Origin: Pavona decussata
Taxonomy: Eukaryota
Assembly: GCA_977016875.1 (NCBI GenBank)
Contig: CDRNST010000090.1
Coordinates: forward strand, 62,001 to 126,000
Reading direction: 5' to 3'
Length of the DNA stretch: 64,000 bases
Of the stretch, positions 24,956-37,260 are shown in pieces. The position numbers were made by a program, and so were the translations under genes. Position 1 is the first letter of the stretch, and each line of letters opens with the position of its first letter. Under the pieces are notes generated by a model. It did not search any database, was not told the DNA's origin, and saw only the letters and a list, made by a program, of their open reading frames with translations.

Positions 24956-26256
24956 GGTCGAGGGCATGTCAACTGAAGATCATGATGTTGATTGTAGTGT
25001 TATTATGGCCGACTTCAAACATGGTGTCCTAATCAGTTTTGTTTACCTTGGCCTTGTGATTGAACTTGCTTTCATCCACTTTAGCCACAAAAGGCACTCC
25101 AAATGGGATTACTGGCTGCTGCTGAAGGTCCCAAGTGCAATTGTCACGGAAAAGTTGAAAAATCCAAGAAATTGCACTTGGATTAATTTCAAGCATACCA
25201 GCTGCTGACGCCTGCTTTTCCTCGTTCTCCAAAGGAATAAATAAAATTTTGCCTATGGGCAGCCTAGGGAACTCAGCGAACATACTGTTTGTCCGTAAGT
25301 CCCTCCTTTTCTGCATTGAACACAGCGCCTGTAGAAAAGAGGAATTGAGATATCATTTAAACAGTCCATAGAGTACAATAAAACAACTGCAGTCGGTAAT
25401 ATGGCACCTCTGATAATGAGTTTTAAGGAACAATGATCTTTCTAACCGAGTCCCTTGTACCACCTTAAACACTCTTTCTGACAAAACAAGGTCTTTAATT
25501 AAGAGGAGTTTTAAACAATTTATACAAATAATGATGAAGAAACCTAAACAAACATTCGGAAAAAAAAAGAACTAATGGAAGGGAGGGAAACACTCTTGGC
25601 AATAAAACAGCTATATATATGTAGTGATCAAGTGGGTACATTGTATGTTTTTACTCACTTTGATCTCAAAAGGGGCTATTAATTTTGACATCACTCAGAT
25701 CTAAACATGTGAAATGTTTGGTCAAAATTAAACACTTTTATCTGAAAATGATTAAGGGGCGTGCAGCGCAACAGCAACACAAGAGTTTTTACGGAAGGTT
25801 TTACTTCAGAAGCGGAATAAAATTTAAAGCGATAATGACAGGTACTTGTACACATATCCATACATACATACATACATACATTTACAGCCACTTATTACTG
25901 AAAGCCAGCTATTTGGTTGCCGTCTCGTGAGGCGAGGACCATATCCCTATTAGAAGTTCCACAGTGGAGTGGATTCGCAAGAAGGGTTCTTCCTTGTAAC
26001 CAATGTATTAACTCCATCTTTTCTCCTTCCACCAATGTAGAAATTTTCAATTAGGGTTGTCCACATTATGCTCACAATTTTCACTATTATGCCAATTCTT
26101 TATGCGCAAAAAATATCTTACTATTATGCTCAAAAAGTTCCACTATTATGCTCAGAATTTTTTCCCCGGATCACTCATTTTTTACCTAAAATAAAATACA
26201 ATCGCTTGATATGCTTATATGGAGGATTTTATAGACAACATATAGTGTAAGTGTTC

Positions 26257-26706
26257 TATGAAGCGTTATTAGGGTCATTATTCAATTGCAAATCCTGTTA
26301 TGATGCTCTATTGAATTATGTTATGGCATTCTGCATTACATTTTCGGTTCTCAAATTAATCTCCTGCAAGCTGCTAAATTATGCTCTGATATTCTGCATT
26401 ATGTTTTCGACATTCGGATTATGATTTGACCTTTTTGATAATGTCTTGTCATTTTGCAGTATATTCTGCAAGCTGCTAAATTATGTTTTGGTATTTTGCA
26501 TTATGCTTTCGATATTCCAATTATGTTTTGAAATTTGACACAGTGTCTTGTCATTTTGCATTATATTCTTGATATTCGAATTATGTTTTGACATTTTACA
26601 CCATGTCTTGTCATTTTCCATTACATTTTCGACTTTCGAATTATGTTCAGCTGTTGGACTGGTGCCTAGCAGCAGGAACACTACGAGGAACCCTGGGATG
26701 AGTAAA
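26257..26706 (+). repeat. Left TIR with internal subrepeats of about 20 bp
   Basis: Repeated aattatgttttga / gcattatattct cores; reverse complement of 35443-35811 with extra units. Confidence 0.92.
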
Positions 26707-26719
26707 CAACCTTTTCAAC

Positions 26720-29275
26720 ATGGCGGCCCAGTCAATATCTAGCGAACTAAGCAAATGTGTGAGAGACCTCATCCTTTTGGTGGAACAAGGCAATTTTTGT
26801 GAGGATGATGTAGCACAATTTCGCCTTGATTGGTTGTATAGTGCAGTTGTTCGTTACCTTGACCACATTCTATTTGGAGAGGCAGTTATGAACCGCCTTC
26901 ACCAAGTTGCAGTTCTGCTAGCGACGAATAAGGATGATTGTCGCAACTCGAGTGTTCCAATTCAAGCAGAGGTTATGCTCACTGGTCAACGGGGAAGACC
27001 TCGCTATTCTATTTCAAAGGATAAACTCGAGTTTCTTTTAGATATGAAGTTTACGTCCGTGGAAATTGCCTCGATGCTCTGTGTAAGTGAAAGTACGGTG
27101 AAACGGAGAATGCGTGAATATGAATCCTATGTCAGACAGAGGTATTCAGACTTTTCTGATAACGATCTAGATCTAATTGTCGAGAGGTTAATGAGAGAAT
27201 TCCCTAACAGTGGGTACAAGAGGATGACTGGCCTGTTGCACAATGCTGGTTATAGAATTCAACAAAACCGCATCAGGGAGAGCATGAGAAGAGTTAATCC
27301 TGACGGTGTACTACTTAGAGCACTTGAGCTACGAGCTGTACGCCGAAGGCGGTATCAATTTCCTGGCCCTCTTGCCCTTTGGCACATAGATGGGAATCAT
27401 AAATTGATAAGGTATAGCACCGTTTGTTGCATATTCTGAAGTCAGAACACTCTTGGAGTGTCTAGAAAACACAGACCTGATGATAGTACAAGCCTACTAC
27501 TTTTAACTCCTACTGTTAACTACAAGCAGGATTTCTCATTTTAGTTAATTAAGTTAGATACTCGGCATTCCAGGTATGGTTTAGTGTAATTGTGAGTAGT
27601 ATTTTTTAAGAGACTCTTTAGATATGTATTTATCATTATAAATATGGTTATGTTCTTTATACTTCATATGTAACAAAACCCTGATGAATTTTTACCGTGT
27701 TAAAATAAAGATTTGAGATTTCTTTTTTCGATTTTTATAAGTCTGTTTGCAGGATTTATTCCCTCAGGAGGGGTTGGTTACACCCTTATAAGGGCTAAAA
27801 AAAATAGGGGGATGTATGGCAAGTCAGGGAATGTTTTTTCAGGATTTTTGTCTTCAACATAATTGATTTTATCACTTTGTCTTGAACAGTGTAGTCAGGG
27901 TATAGCTTTGGGTTCAATAAATTATCCTAAACAAGCCGGTATCAAAATCAGACAACAAAAGTTGTTTGATTTTTGTCTTAAACATCGTCAGGGTAATTCT
28001 CTTTTCCAAGTAGGGTAAGTATCTGTCCAATAAACGAAGAACCCCACTCCTAACCAATCCACCCCCTACTTTTTCCCACATTAAAAAGATTTTGATACAC
28101 AGATACACAGCTGTAAGGTTTTTAAGCCTGATTGTGAATGTTGTACTCAATTGTAGTTATTTTAAAATATTTTTAACATGCAGATGGAGATTTGTCATCC
28201 ACGGGGGTATTGATGGGTTCTCAAGGATGATTGTTTACTTGAGATGCAGCACAAACAATTTTTCAAGTACAGTTCATGACTATTTTCTCACTGCCGTTGG
28301 CAGTTTTGGTTTACCTTCGAGAGTAAGGTCAGACAAGGGTGGTGAGAATGTAGAACTTGCACGCTATATGCTGAGTCATCCTCTCAGGGGGCCTAATAGA
28401 GGAAGTCACATCGCTGGCCGCAGCGTTCACAACCAGAGAATCGAACGTCTCTGGAGAGACCTGTTCTCTGGTTGTCTCCACATCTTTTATCACCTCTTGT
28501 ATGACATGGAACAATGTGGAATGCTTGATCCCTCTAATGAGCTTCACTTGTTTGCCCTTCACTTTGCCTATGTTCCAAGAGTTAACAGGAACCTGCAAAT
28601 ATTTGCTGGGGGACATAACAGGGCACCCCTATCTACAGAGCGGGGAAAGTCTCCTTGGCGGTTGTGGATCTCTGGTACTGTTACCGCTTCAAACAGAGGA
28701 ATTGATGATTTCTGGAATCAGGTGGGTTGCGTTTTGTCAGGATTGTGGTATACTTTCATTTAAAGTAGTGATGCTTGTATTGAAAGTGATGAGCCAAATA
28801 CTGCTACAATAGTCTGCAACAAGCATGGTAGCCTAGAATAAACATTTGTTCTACATCCCAAACGCATTACCTATACCCACTTTTGACTTGTATATGTTAA
28901 CATGTCCAGTTACACAGGGAGAAGGAGAGGGAGAGGGGGTCAAAAGGTTATTTTAGTAGACCTATTAGAGCACCAATTAATGTTTGTGGGGTCAATGAGC
29001 TGGTATATTTAATTACCTCGTCATGGTATATTTATTGACTTCTTTATCTATTAAAGGGGGATTACTATGGCGTTGATTGGGATGGTCCTGCACCACTCAA
29101 CCCAACTGATGATCAAGAAGCAGTGGAAGTTCCTATCACAAGTAATCCTCTTCAGGCAGCTGATTATGAATCACTCAAAACTTTGATTGATCCATTGCGT
29201 GATAGTGAAGAGTACGGAGTAGACATATACCTTGAAGCACTGTCTTTCGTACATACAAAAACAGCAAACTATTGA
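26720..29275 (+). CDS. Integrase-core DDE transposase, 3 exons (26720-27411, 28184-28721, 29057-29275), 482 aa, apparently intact
   Basis: GT-AG junctions keep the frame (692+538+219 = 1449 nt). [18 protein letters not shown]; catalytic [18 protein letters not shown] and HNQRIERLW; C-terminal YGVDWDGP...YGVDIY. Confidence 0.93.
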
Positions 29276-29796
29276 TAACTAGGTTAGGTTTTCAATGTCT
29301 CTTGTCTTAGGCCTAAAACAAAAAGGATGGCCCAATATACTTCAGGAGTGAACAGGTCTGTCTCTGTACACCTAGATTTTGAACTTTCAATTTTAAGTGC
29401 ACCTAACCCAAAATATAAATAAAATTTCAACTTTGTACAGCTGTAGCCATCTGTCACAAGATGCACAAGGTGGTGAGGATCATGGCCCTTTTCTTGACTT
29501 GACAGCATGAATGCAAAGAAATTCTGCTCAAATCACGAAGATATTCACACACCCTTTGTGTACCAAGTGTGCATTAAATGATGCTTTCTTCTTCTTTGGA
29601 AAAAAAGTACTTTAAGGCTAAATGGTTTTGGAATAGCTGTTGCAATAGGTAGCAGCCGGAAAATATTTTGGGTGAAGTGCACTTGAAGTTGCTATGAACA
29701 GAACTTGAACTTTTTGTCTGGCATATGCCCTCTTGGCTTCCTCCCAAGGAAAATAACTAACACAACAACAAACTATTAGATAATAGTTTCAATAAA

Positions 29797-32700
29797 CTAG
29801 ACACCAGCAGCAAAGGAGCAAGAAGCATGGCACAGCGAAGTTAACATGGCTTTGCTGAATTCCTCTGTATTGCTGTGTATTGTTGGCAGTAACAAAATAT
29901 TGAAACAAGCCTTTGCATCTGGTAAGCTCGCTTTAGGCTGCAAAAATTCTACAGAAATTTTTCTCTTGAGACCAGTTGGTGGAACATGAAGATGCGTAGT
30001 TGTGAACTTCAGCAAAAGATTTAAAACTGGAACATCTCCACCCAGTGCTGGGATATGTTCTGAGGAGAGACAAGATGAATATTATTATGTTTGGATTCCT
30101 ACTTGACAACCACTCGAATTTATGAGAAACTCAAAGAAACTTGTGCCATTGCTTCTCTTTCAAATGTAAACCACTGTTACTTTGTTCACTTTTTTTATCC
30201 AATCAGCACTGTGGCTGATTAATTTAGACTGTTGCACAGAGTAAGTCATGTCAAAACTTGAGGAACAATGTTTCAAGAAAGTACACAACTGTACAACAAA
30301 GTCCTTATTTTATACAGCCATTTATGCACCTAATATCTGCTATCCCCTTAGGGGGGGACCTGGGCAAAATAAAAGTTACCTAAATCTATCTCCATCTTGT
30401 TGTTTTAAAGTGCAAACTATTTAACAATTAGACTACGAGCCCGAGTCTCCTTTGAGCGAATAGAAAACGAGGGCGAGTAGTCTAGTTGTTTTAGTAGAAA
30501 GTCTAAACTTGTGCACTTTGAGGACAAGAAATCAGTTTCTATCGGTGAATAGAAAAACAGTGGGAGAACCAATCAGATTTGTGGATTTCCAATAGAACAC
30601 AGCTGAGTTTCTACTCATACATGTAGCTTTTAGTCATAGGTGAGCATAGCTTTGTGTATGCAAAAGTCTCCTCCCTTGCCTAGGCCCCCCCCCCCCCAGG
30701 ATGGCTGATTATAGTTGCAGCAGAACCTTTCCTCATTTTACTACCTCATAAACATGCTTTTACAGTGATTCAGTCACTTTAGTTTTACCTTCTCCCTGTG
30801 TGCCCCTTGTGATAGTTTTGTCATACCGTATACATCATTTTCACAAATGTAAGTAGAGTTTTCAAATGCCGATGTTACAAAATTTACCTGTACATTCTTT
30901 ATGTCCCTTAATGAACTCTATGAACAGTGCGTATGCTCTCGCCTGCAGTTCATCGTGACCTGAAGGGGGTTCAACAAGGCTGATGAAGGCATCTGCACTC
31001 AGTGGTACTTGCTTCTCTGTTACAAACAATGGCTTCCATAAACTTGCATTCTCTTTCATCATCCCCACCAATCCAAAGTAGTCCAGGCCCTCTCTAAAGT
31101 TTTGGAGTAGTTGGAGGCGTTTGCCAACTAGCTCTTCAACCAGCATGTATGTCACAAAGTCACCTTTGGACTTCATGTTTAACACTCTGCCAATGGGCCA
31201 ACCTGACCTATCAATTAAAGTGCTGAACTTGGGCTGATCATACAGGTTGGATATTTCCTCGTCAGTTTGAGCATCTTCAACCTTATGCCAAAAAAACAAG
31301 TTAATGTGGGGGGTAATAGTTTGCTTTCAAGATTCTGGGTTTAGGATTGGAAAAGGAAGCCAATGTCTCTTCTTCAAACCAACCCCTTGGTGTCAGTGGT
31401 ACTTGTCCCTTCACAAACTTTCCAGCAAAGCCCACCACTCAGACCAAAAAGTACCTTAAAGTTGTCACTTTTGAGGCCAGAATGCAGGAGTAATAACATG
31501 CTAAGGTTATCACAATGCAGCTTTCATTTATAAGGTTGACTAGTAAATTGTTCTTTTCTTCAGATCAAAGATAGTGGGGTATTCTTGAGGTTATCACCCC
31601 TATCTTGGTCAAGTGGTCATTTGAAAAAGACAAATTATTTTTATCCATCAGCGGTATTCTACATGTAAGTGGATTTGAGCCAAGTGATAAATTTGGCTGC
31701 CCTGAATATGAAAAATTTGGAAATTTGATTTACAGTATTTGGGATGCAAGAAAAATGAAAAACTTTTTGAAATGTGCACCATTGCTGGACTTACTTACCC
31801 CCTGCAGAAATGCAATAAGTGTTTCTGTCTTTGCTGATTTTGGCAGGTCATCGAAGTTGACATATGCAGCCGCATGTTCCTTTTCGCCACTAACTAAAAA
31901 TTGATAGACATACGGTGCCAAGCACGGCATTGAAGGACCATTCTGCAATAATGAGTGTGCAACCATAACACCTGCCATTTTGATGAGGTAAACGTTTTCC
32001 CAGCTATACTGTGGAACACGCCGGTCAGCATTGCCCTCAAATAAGTCGTTGTTGATGGCTCTCGTTAGGTCTGCAAAGAATTCCAGACTGAGAGCTCCTG
32101 CATCTACCGCATTCTCCATTCCTTCAAACATCACATTTAATCCACGATACAAATGTTCCTTTGGGGAACTCTTATAGAAAACAAGAGCTGTCTTCCACAG
32201 GACTTCTCTGTCCACATCAATGATTTTACATCTGTCTTCAACAACATCTTTCTGGTACTTTTACAGTGCTTCATTAAGAGTCACTGGAATACTATGACCT
32301 GAAAATAGAAGCGAGTATATTGCCATGACTTGGATGAATGCTTTTTTGAGGGCATTGAGTATTTTCACAATAATATGTTATTGTGATATAATTATCACAA
32401 TTATTTTTCACATGAAAATTACTTAGCTGAAATTTGGATCGTTAAATAGTTCTTTTCTGATAAGAAAATAATAATTATTGCTCTGTTACATTAAAACGAG
32501 GATTGAAATTTTGGGCTAATATCATTGTATATACCTAGTAGGTGTAAACAGCAAAAGTCCAACCAAGAAATCTCTCTAGAGAACATCACTATAAGAACCA
32601 TTCATTTTGACCTCTGACATCAAGGCCACACAGAACAAAATAAATAAGATCCTTAGTTTAATAGTCTTGAACAAGAACCTTTCCTTATCCTTTGTTCAAA

Positions 32701-35400
32701 AAAGGTCAAACCTTGATAGTACATCTAAACATATTCAATATTGAACAAAATGGAGAACACTACCACAACACTTCACCTGCATGCTCAAATGGGCTACTCT
32801 TGACCAAAATGTCACTAATTGCTTCCTCAAGCTCAAAGTTATTTTCTTTCAAAGTGAGCAGTAGGTCATCTTCTGCTACATCTGGAAACATTTCCTTCAA
32901 AGTATCCATACCTTGAAAAAGTGCAAATATTTTTAATTTTCTTTTTATGCACCTTTAAACTATTTCACCCCGGCCCCATTCCCAACCAACCCTTAACAGC
33001 CCCAGATGAACTTAGTTACCTCTATAGAGTCATGAGCTCAATGAATAAGTCAAGCTGGGGTGATGGGATAATCTATAACAAAGGGTGAAGTGTCAGCTGA
33101 ACCTGACAATGACAGGGATTTGAGTTGGGAGTGACTATCATACAACAGACAATGTGGCATTTACAAATAAAAATAATTATTACACTCCTGCTTATTGTGT
33201 ATGAGATGGTTATAGCCAACTTATGTACAATGCGCTTTCATGGAATAACTGGTAAAAAAGTTGAAGTAGGGGAGTAGGGAGCAGGGGGAGTAGGGAAGGG
33301 GAGCCCAGGGGACCTTCCCAGGAAATATTGTGAATCTGAGCCAATTAAACATGCATTTCAGTGCATCTTGAGCAAGCATGATATGAAGAAATGTTTCCTA
33401 GAAGAGGAGCACTTGTAAATATCAAGACTAGGTGTAAAAGCAGGTAACTTTACCAGCAGGCGACTGTGTACCAAGCATTCTGAATTGAGCCTTTCTGAAT
33501 TCATTACAACACAAGAATACAAAAAGGGGAAAAATAATTTGCTGTTTATCATTTTAACACCTTAGTTGAATGTAAAAGGAGATGCTGGCCTGGAAACACA
33601 GTGAGTTTTCCTGTCACTAGAATTGTACAGTAGCCAGGGCACCAAGGGCCACTACCCAGCAAATTTTGCAGGCTGAGGGAGAACATATTGTGTTTGTTAA
33701 TACAGTATTACCACTCTCAGAAGATCTAGCATCTGGACAGTCATTGCCTTTTAGATCTTCACTGCAACTAAGAGAAATTATCTTTGTACCAGCATCATCC
33801 ATAGGGCTGAGGGTAGCATGCTTGATTCTGAGGCTCTCAAACTCATTGGTGGTGTTATTCTCGTCCTTCATGTCATTGTTAATAGTCAAATCCACACAGT
33901 CACCACTGGTGCTTTGACTAGAAGATCCACCCTGACACAAGCTATCGTGATGATCCCACTGCATGACAGCCACCTCCTTCCCACAGTTCAAACAAGTAAC
34001 TTGAACTGTATTGTCAGAAGTTTCCTTTTAATCAAAAAGGCACATTGTTACAGGTTTTGTTAAGATTTTTAATAGCAGAGACAAAATGTACAAATAGCAG
34101 GGTACCGCTCTCCCATTGCCAGGGGTATGGGACCTCTTTCAGGCAATTTTCATTTTTAAGGCCCAAAAGGTGCATTGTGGAATGCAAATGCGATTATCAC
34201 AGTTGAAGTAGCTTAATTTAAGTAATTGTGAATTAGCCCTCACCCCCCCCCCCCCCCAACCCAAAGAAAATTCAGAACTTCATTGGGAATCAAACTCCTA
34301 GCCTATGCCTTCACACTGCAATACTCTACCAACTGAGCTATGATGAACCAGATGTGGAAAGGAATACATATTGAGCCCATCAACCACTCTGTGAAGGGAA
34401 CACACAATGATTACCACTGCAATGATCACATCTTTATCCCATTTGTATTTCCACAGGTCCATTGAATTCAAAGGGTGCATTGCAAGCCACTTCTGCCCAT
34501 TTACTCAAATACTTTAGCACAGCCTCAATTAGTCGAAGCCTTAAATAGCCAGGAAAAAAATTGAAATGACAGAGTAGGGTCCTGGTGTCCTGGCTCTAAC
34601 AAAAGCCCTGATTACATTGTATGTAATATAAAGATATTGGTACATGTGTACGCGGATATCCATTAATTGCAACTACAACCAGAACTATGTACAAATGATA
34701 ATGATAATGATCAAACCACAAAAGTAAGCTAAAAACCTCACCTCAGACACAGCGGTTGTATCCAAATCGCGTTGTAAAGGTCTGATGTAGGCCGTGGCTT
34801 GACCCAATCCTGAGCAGTCCCTCAAAAACGGAACTGAATAACCACTTCCTGGCGGCGTAATTGTAGCAAGGCAGTTATTGCCGTGGACACCTGTCCTCAT
34901 TAGCACGAATCCACCCGCCGACTTCAGCTTGGGATATTCCTCTTCCAACCTTTTACTAAATTCGGCAAAATTTGCCTTCGAATGAAAGCAAATTTTTCTA
35001 CGTCCTAGTCCGGCGGCTTGTAGTTCGAATTTGCCAGCCCTTGAAGGAACCCGGTCCTGAATTTTCTGTGATAAACAGAAAAATTCGTGGGTCCATGTAT
35101 CCTTCAGTTGGAAGAATACACCACGCTTTTGTTTTGGGAGGCGCACGATGTACAGCTTGAGTAGCTTGGTATGGAGCAAGATATACTTCGGAAGTCATTC
35201 AATATGGCGTTTGCGTTCGAAGCTCCTCTCCGCTGAGTTGTCTCTTCCGCGCCTAGCGTTTCTTTCGCTTCCTCTTCTGACAACAACATGGTCACCTCCC
35301 TAAGAAGACGTATAGCTTTTGCGCTTTTGCTCGCTTGATCGTCTCCTTCAGCTTTTCTCTTCGAGCTTCCATCTTCCGCCATTTTGATTTCACGATGCAT
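29797..35400 (-). pseudogene. Multi-exon HECT E3 ubiquitin ligase (Ubl-like + UBZ-like + CUE + HECT) with a few disabling lesions
   Basis: Exons: about 35400-34742 (TWTHEFFCL...EEYPKL..GGF.L...YIRPLQ), 34027-33700 (CLNC..x..HDSLC), 32912-32778 (LKEMFPDVAEDDLLLTLKENNFELEEAISDIL), 32298-31799 (VDRE.LW...AVDAGAL..EFF...LFEG), 31282-30889 (FREGL) and 30060-29797 (LKFTT...PPTGL...LPDAKACFNILLLP). At least one frameshift near 35130-35185 and a TAA at 32261-32263. Confidence 0.88.
34190..34460 (-). repeat. tRNA-related interspersed repeat in HECT intron 1
   Basis: Reverse complement contains tagctcagttggtagagtattgcag...gagtttgattccc (A/B-box-like). Confidence 0.55.
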
Positions 35401-35442
35401 CAGACTTGGTAATAATTAACATAAATTATAGAAGGCGGGAAC

Positions 35443-35811
35443 TTTGCTCGTCCCAGGGTTTCTCGTAGTTTTCCCGCTGCTAGGCACCAGTCCAACAGCC
35501 GAACATAATTCGAAAGTCGAAAATGTAATGGAAAATGACAAGACATGGTGGAAAATGTCAAAACATAATTGGAATATCGAAAGCATAATGCAAAATACCA
35601 AAACATAATTTAGCAGCTTGCAGAATATAATGCAAAATGACAAGACATCATCAAAAAGGTCAAATCATAATTTGAATGTCGAAAACATAATGCAGAATAT
35701 CAGAGCATAATTTAGCAGCTTGCCGAATGTAATGCAGAATGCCATATCATAATTCAATAGAGCATCATAACAGGATTTGCAATTGAATAATGACTCTGAT
35801 AACGCTTCATA
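35443..35811 (-). repeat. Right TIR of the IS3EU-like element
   Basis: Reverse complement of 26257-26706 with fewer internal subrepeats. Confidence 0.92.
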
Positions 35812-36379
35812 GTATTCCCTTTATGTGATCATCTTTGGTTACACTGAAGCATGATTGAGGCTTCAATATAGTCCTCCATAGCACATGCTTGGTTGTCCCG
35901 AAAGGAATTTTCTAGCAATGAGAAGACCCTCTCCAAGGCTGCAGATGACGGTTGGATAACCAAGATTTTCTCGATGCTTTTGCCCAATTTGGTATCTATT
36001 TATTTATTTTCGGTTTCCCTCTCCGGTCTTGGCTATAACATAGAGAGAGAAAGGCCTTGCTTTCCATAAAACTGACGCTGTGCTTCTCTGCTATACTTTC
36101 CCAACTCCAATTTCATTTTGTTATCAATGATGACTAAAAGGTTGCCAGGTTTTAGATTGGAAACAACAAACTAGTAACAGCTAGTCTGATGCTTTGTGTG
36201 TAGCAGGTGTGCCAGAGAGAGTTTAAATTTTGCCACAGATTCATCCAGCTCCTTAGACTGAGGGGCCTTTTCAGCAGCTGTTGGCACATGTTGGATACCT
36301 TCCCCAATTGAATTAATAATGGAGTAAAATGAATCAATCTCAGCACTGGTGCTGCTATGTTTAAAGTTTGAGAACATGT

Positions 36380-37260
36380 AGTAGCCATACATTCATTCGA
36401 AAATTTTGGATGTTTTTCAATTTTTGTGTGACTATGGTCTCTATTACATGTGCCATTTTTGTTGAAATAGTGTACATTGGATTGCTTTCTTTTTTATTAG
36501 GACCCATTCCCTGTACTATGCTTTTGAGGTTCTGTTACAAATCTCCCTGATCAAATCACCCTCAATAATTTTGCCTGCCCCACCGTGCCTTTTGACAAAC
36601 TTGCCCCAGGTTAAACGGCATGCCAGTTGAGGACCCAACTAGTGCTCTGTCTGAGCAATGTTTGTAAAGAACGTAATGGCATTCTTAGAGAAGGTAGATT
36701 GAAGTTTGTAGTACTGCATGAGGCGTTTCCTCATCCGATTACGGCGCTTCTCATCTCCTTCCCTCATAGCATCAATCCAGTTCATCAAGAAAACAGTCAG
36801 CTCCAAAACTGTGTGACCATAATTGTTCACACGGTGAACGCTTCCTTGATCCTCTGCAATTTCTTCAGTTAGTGAAGGAGCAGTACCATACCAGTGGTCA
36901 TGGTTGGTTGCGTTTGTTTGGCTTGCCAGTTTCAATACTTCTGTTTGTTGCCACAACTCCTCTTGTTGAGGAGCTGCCATTACAAATGTATCCACAAATC
37001 GCCCAATTACATCATCAAAGAATGACTTCTTCATTTGCATGCTTCTGCTTCTTCTCTTGTGTGTGGTTTTTGCTTCGCTTTGTGTTGATATCTGTCATCC
37101 CCCAAAACTCAAGGGCAGCTTCCATGATTTATGCCAGTCCTACACTCAACAGAAGCTGCTCGCAGTTTGTTTTCCGATGTTACAGGAAGACACTCCATGG
37201 AGAACGTATGGAACTGCATCGTTGTTGTAATTGCCAACCTTTTCTCCTTCTAAAACACTA
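36380..37260 (-). pseudogene. DUF6589-like transposon-associated protein remnant
   Basis: VNNYGHTVLEL..FLMNWIDAMREGDEKR...RLMQYY...SKNAI, then GDLIREICNR.SK..V.GMGPNK. Family assignment is from recalled motif pattern. Confidence 0.55.

Larger units (their letters stand above)
20757..25330 (-). pseudogene. Merlin/IS1595 (ISXO2-like) transposase split into two parts by about 4 kb of insertions
   Basis: 5' part 25330-25047: ...FRDNC...PFVAKVDESKFNHKAK followed by a GT donor. 3' part about 21110-20757: LPGTEVHSDDWGA*...FLDPVTGVHTQEVESAW...LQAFLNEHMWR. Confidence 0.8.
26257..35811 (+). mobile_element. Complete IS3EU-like DNA transposon (9555 bp) carrying a transposase and a HECT E3 ligase gene
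   Basis: TIRs 26257-26706 and 35443-35811 (tatgaagcgttattagggtcattattcaattgcaaatcctg... / ...caggatttgcaattgaataatgactctgataacgcttcata). Flanks are gtgttc (26251-26256) and gtattc (35812-35817). Two convergent genes inside. Confidence 0.92.

Noticed and set aside
26380-26650. CRISPR-like or coding repeat (ORFs 26481-26681, 26548-26742, 35400-35643)
   Set aside because: These are internal subrepeats of the TIRs; the short ORFs are by-products.
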